IMG/VR virus record: IMGVR_UViG_3300037311_000193 | Location: 1-26,287 of that record | Origin: a virus | Taxonomy: Duplodnaviria; Caudoviricetes | Strand: one strand, 5' to 3' | Length of the DNA: 26,287 bases | Shown: one piece after another, positions 25,708-26,287 of the stretch | How positions within the stretch are numbered: position 1 is the stretch's first letter | Layout of the letters: each line of letters starts with the position of its first letter | The notes under the pieces: generated by a model | What the model saw: the letters and a program-made list of their open reading frames with translations, nothing else | The model's database searches: none | Told to the model about the DNA's origin: nothing | Position numbers and translations under genes: made by a program

Positions 25708-26180
25708 GTCACGCAAAACCCATGTTCTGCTCCACCAGCGCCCATTCATTCGGGCCGTGCCGCTGGTACGTGCGCCCGGACAGCGGGCCTTCCAGCACGA
25801 TGCGCCAGTCGTGGTCAGGGTCAGCCGCTGCCATCGCTTCGGCCTGCGCGCCGGTCATGTAGGCATCGTCTGCCGTGTCCTCGTCCACGGTCGGCTCGGT
25901 GTAAACCGGCTCGCCATCACGGTGCAGCGCGGCGTAGCCAAAGCCCACCGCAATTTGTCCTTCGGCCGGGAAGTAGCTGGGGCGCGGCCCGCAGTTCAGG
26001 CAGCCGCCGTGTTTGCCTTCAATCGCGGGCAGCTTGGCCCAGGTCGTTGCTTCGGTCATGGGTTCCTTTCCGGCGCCAGTGACGCCTAACACTTCGGTCA
26101 ACGCGACCCGCCACGGCGGGCCGCTCCTTCACGCTTCGGGGCCGTCAGTGCGCGCCGTGTCGGGCGCGTTACCTCGGGCG
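25702..26180 (+). mobile_element. Integron gene cassette 1 (479 bp)
   Basis: Bounded by GTTAGGC at both ends. The left junction GTTAGGCGTCAC (25701-25712) is the exact reverse complement of GTGACGCCTAAC (26079-26090), as expected for a once-circular cassette. Confidence 0.85.
25709..26059 (-). CDS. Cassette 1 hypothetical protein (116 aa, CxxC)
   Basis: GGAAAGGAA RBS before ATG 26059; the ORF fills the cassette and its TGA abuts the core site. Confidence 0.85.
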   Translation of the reverse strand: MTEATTWAKLPAIEGKHGGCLNCGPRPSYFPAEGQIAVGFGYAALHRDGEPVYTEPTVDEDTADDAYMTGAQAEAMAAADPDHDWRIVLEGPLSGRTYQRHGPNEWALVEQNMGFA

Positions 26181-26186
26181 TTAGGC
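26084..26186 (+). mobile_element. attC: attC site (103 bp)
   Basis: R'' GCCTAAC, 5-nt spacer, L'' GGTCAACG ... L' CGTTACC, 6-nt spacer, R' GTTAGGC. Extra C26099 and A26106 give the extrahelical G and T on the bottom strand, and the inner stem is CCCG.CACGGCG/CGCCGTG.CGGG. Confidence 0.93.
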
Positions 26187-26287
26187 CCCAATGCCTTGCG
26201 CAGCGCAGCCATGTGTTCGTCCATCAGCCCGTTGGGGTCCCATACTCCGCCACGCACCACGGTCCACGCAGTGATGCAGCGTTCAGC
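26129..26287 (-). CDS. 3' end of the cassette 2 ORF (start outside window)
   Basis: The open frame ...AERCITAWTVVRGGVWDPNGLMDEHMAALRKALGPNARGNAPDTARTDGPEA* stops inside the attC. Confidence 0.6.
   Translation of the reverse strand, partial: AERCITAWTVVRGGVWDPNGLMDEHMAALRKALGPNARGNAPDTARTDGPEA

Overview
GC-rich temperate siphophage genome segment; a Burkholderiales-like host is inferred. The + strand carries the late region: a 5'-truncated lambda gpA-type terminase, a Mor-like activator, a ~5.3-kb block of putative virion accessory genes, gpW-like protein, lambda-type portal, protease-major capsid fusion, head-tail connectors, tail tube, frameshifting tail chaperones, tape measure, beta-helix tailspike, tail tip genes and a lysis cassette (holin-like genes, M15 peptidase endolysin, Rz/Rz1). 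After the lysis genes lies the 3' half of tRNA-Ser(CGA), an att core in attP-like arrangement. A - strand run then reads cassette ORFs -> integron integrase (intI) -> excisionase -> phage integrase. The main finding is an apparently intact integron (IntI, a putative attI, a canonical attC, one complete cassette and the start of a second) built into the phage's integration/excision operon. The intI stop overlaps the xis start. The cassette ORFs are inverted relative to their attC, so they are co-oriented with intI-xis-int. This suggests a phage that uses integron recombination to shuffle its own accessory genes. All protein calls come from motif recognition and synteny; no database searches were run.
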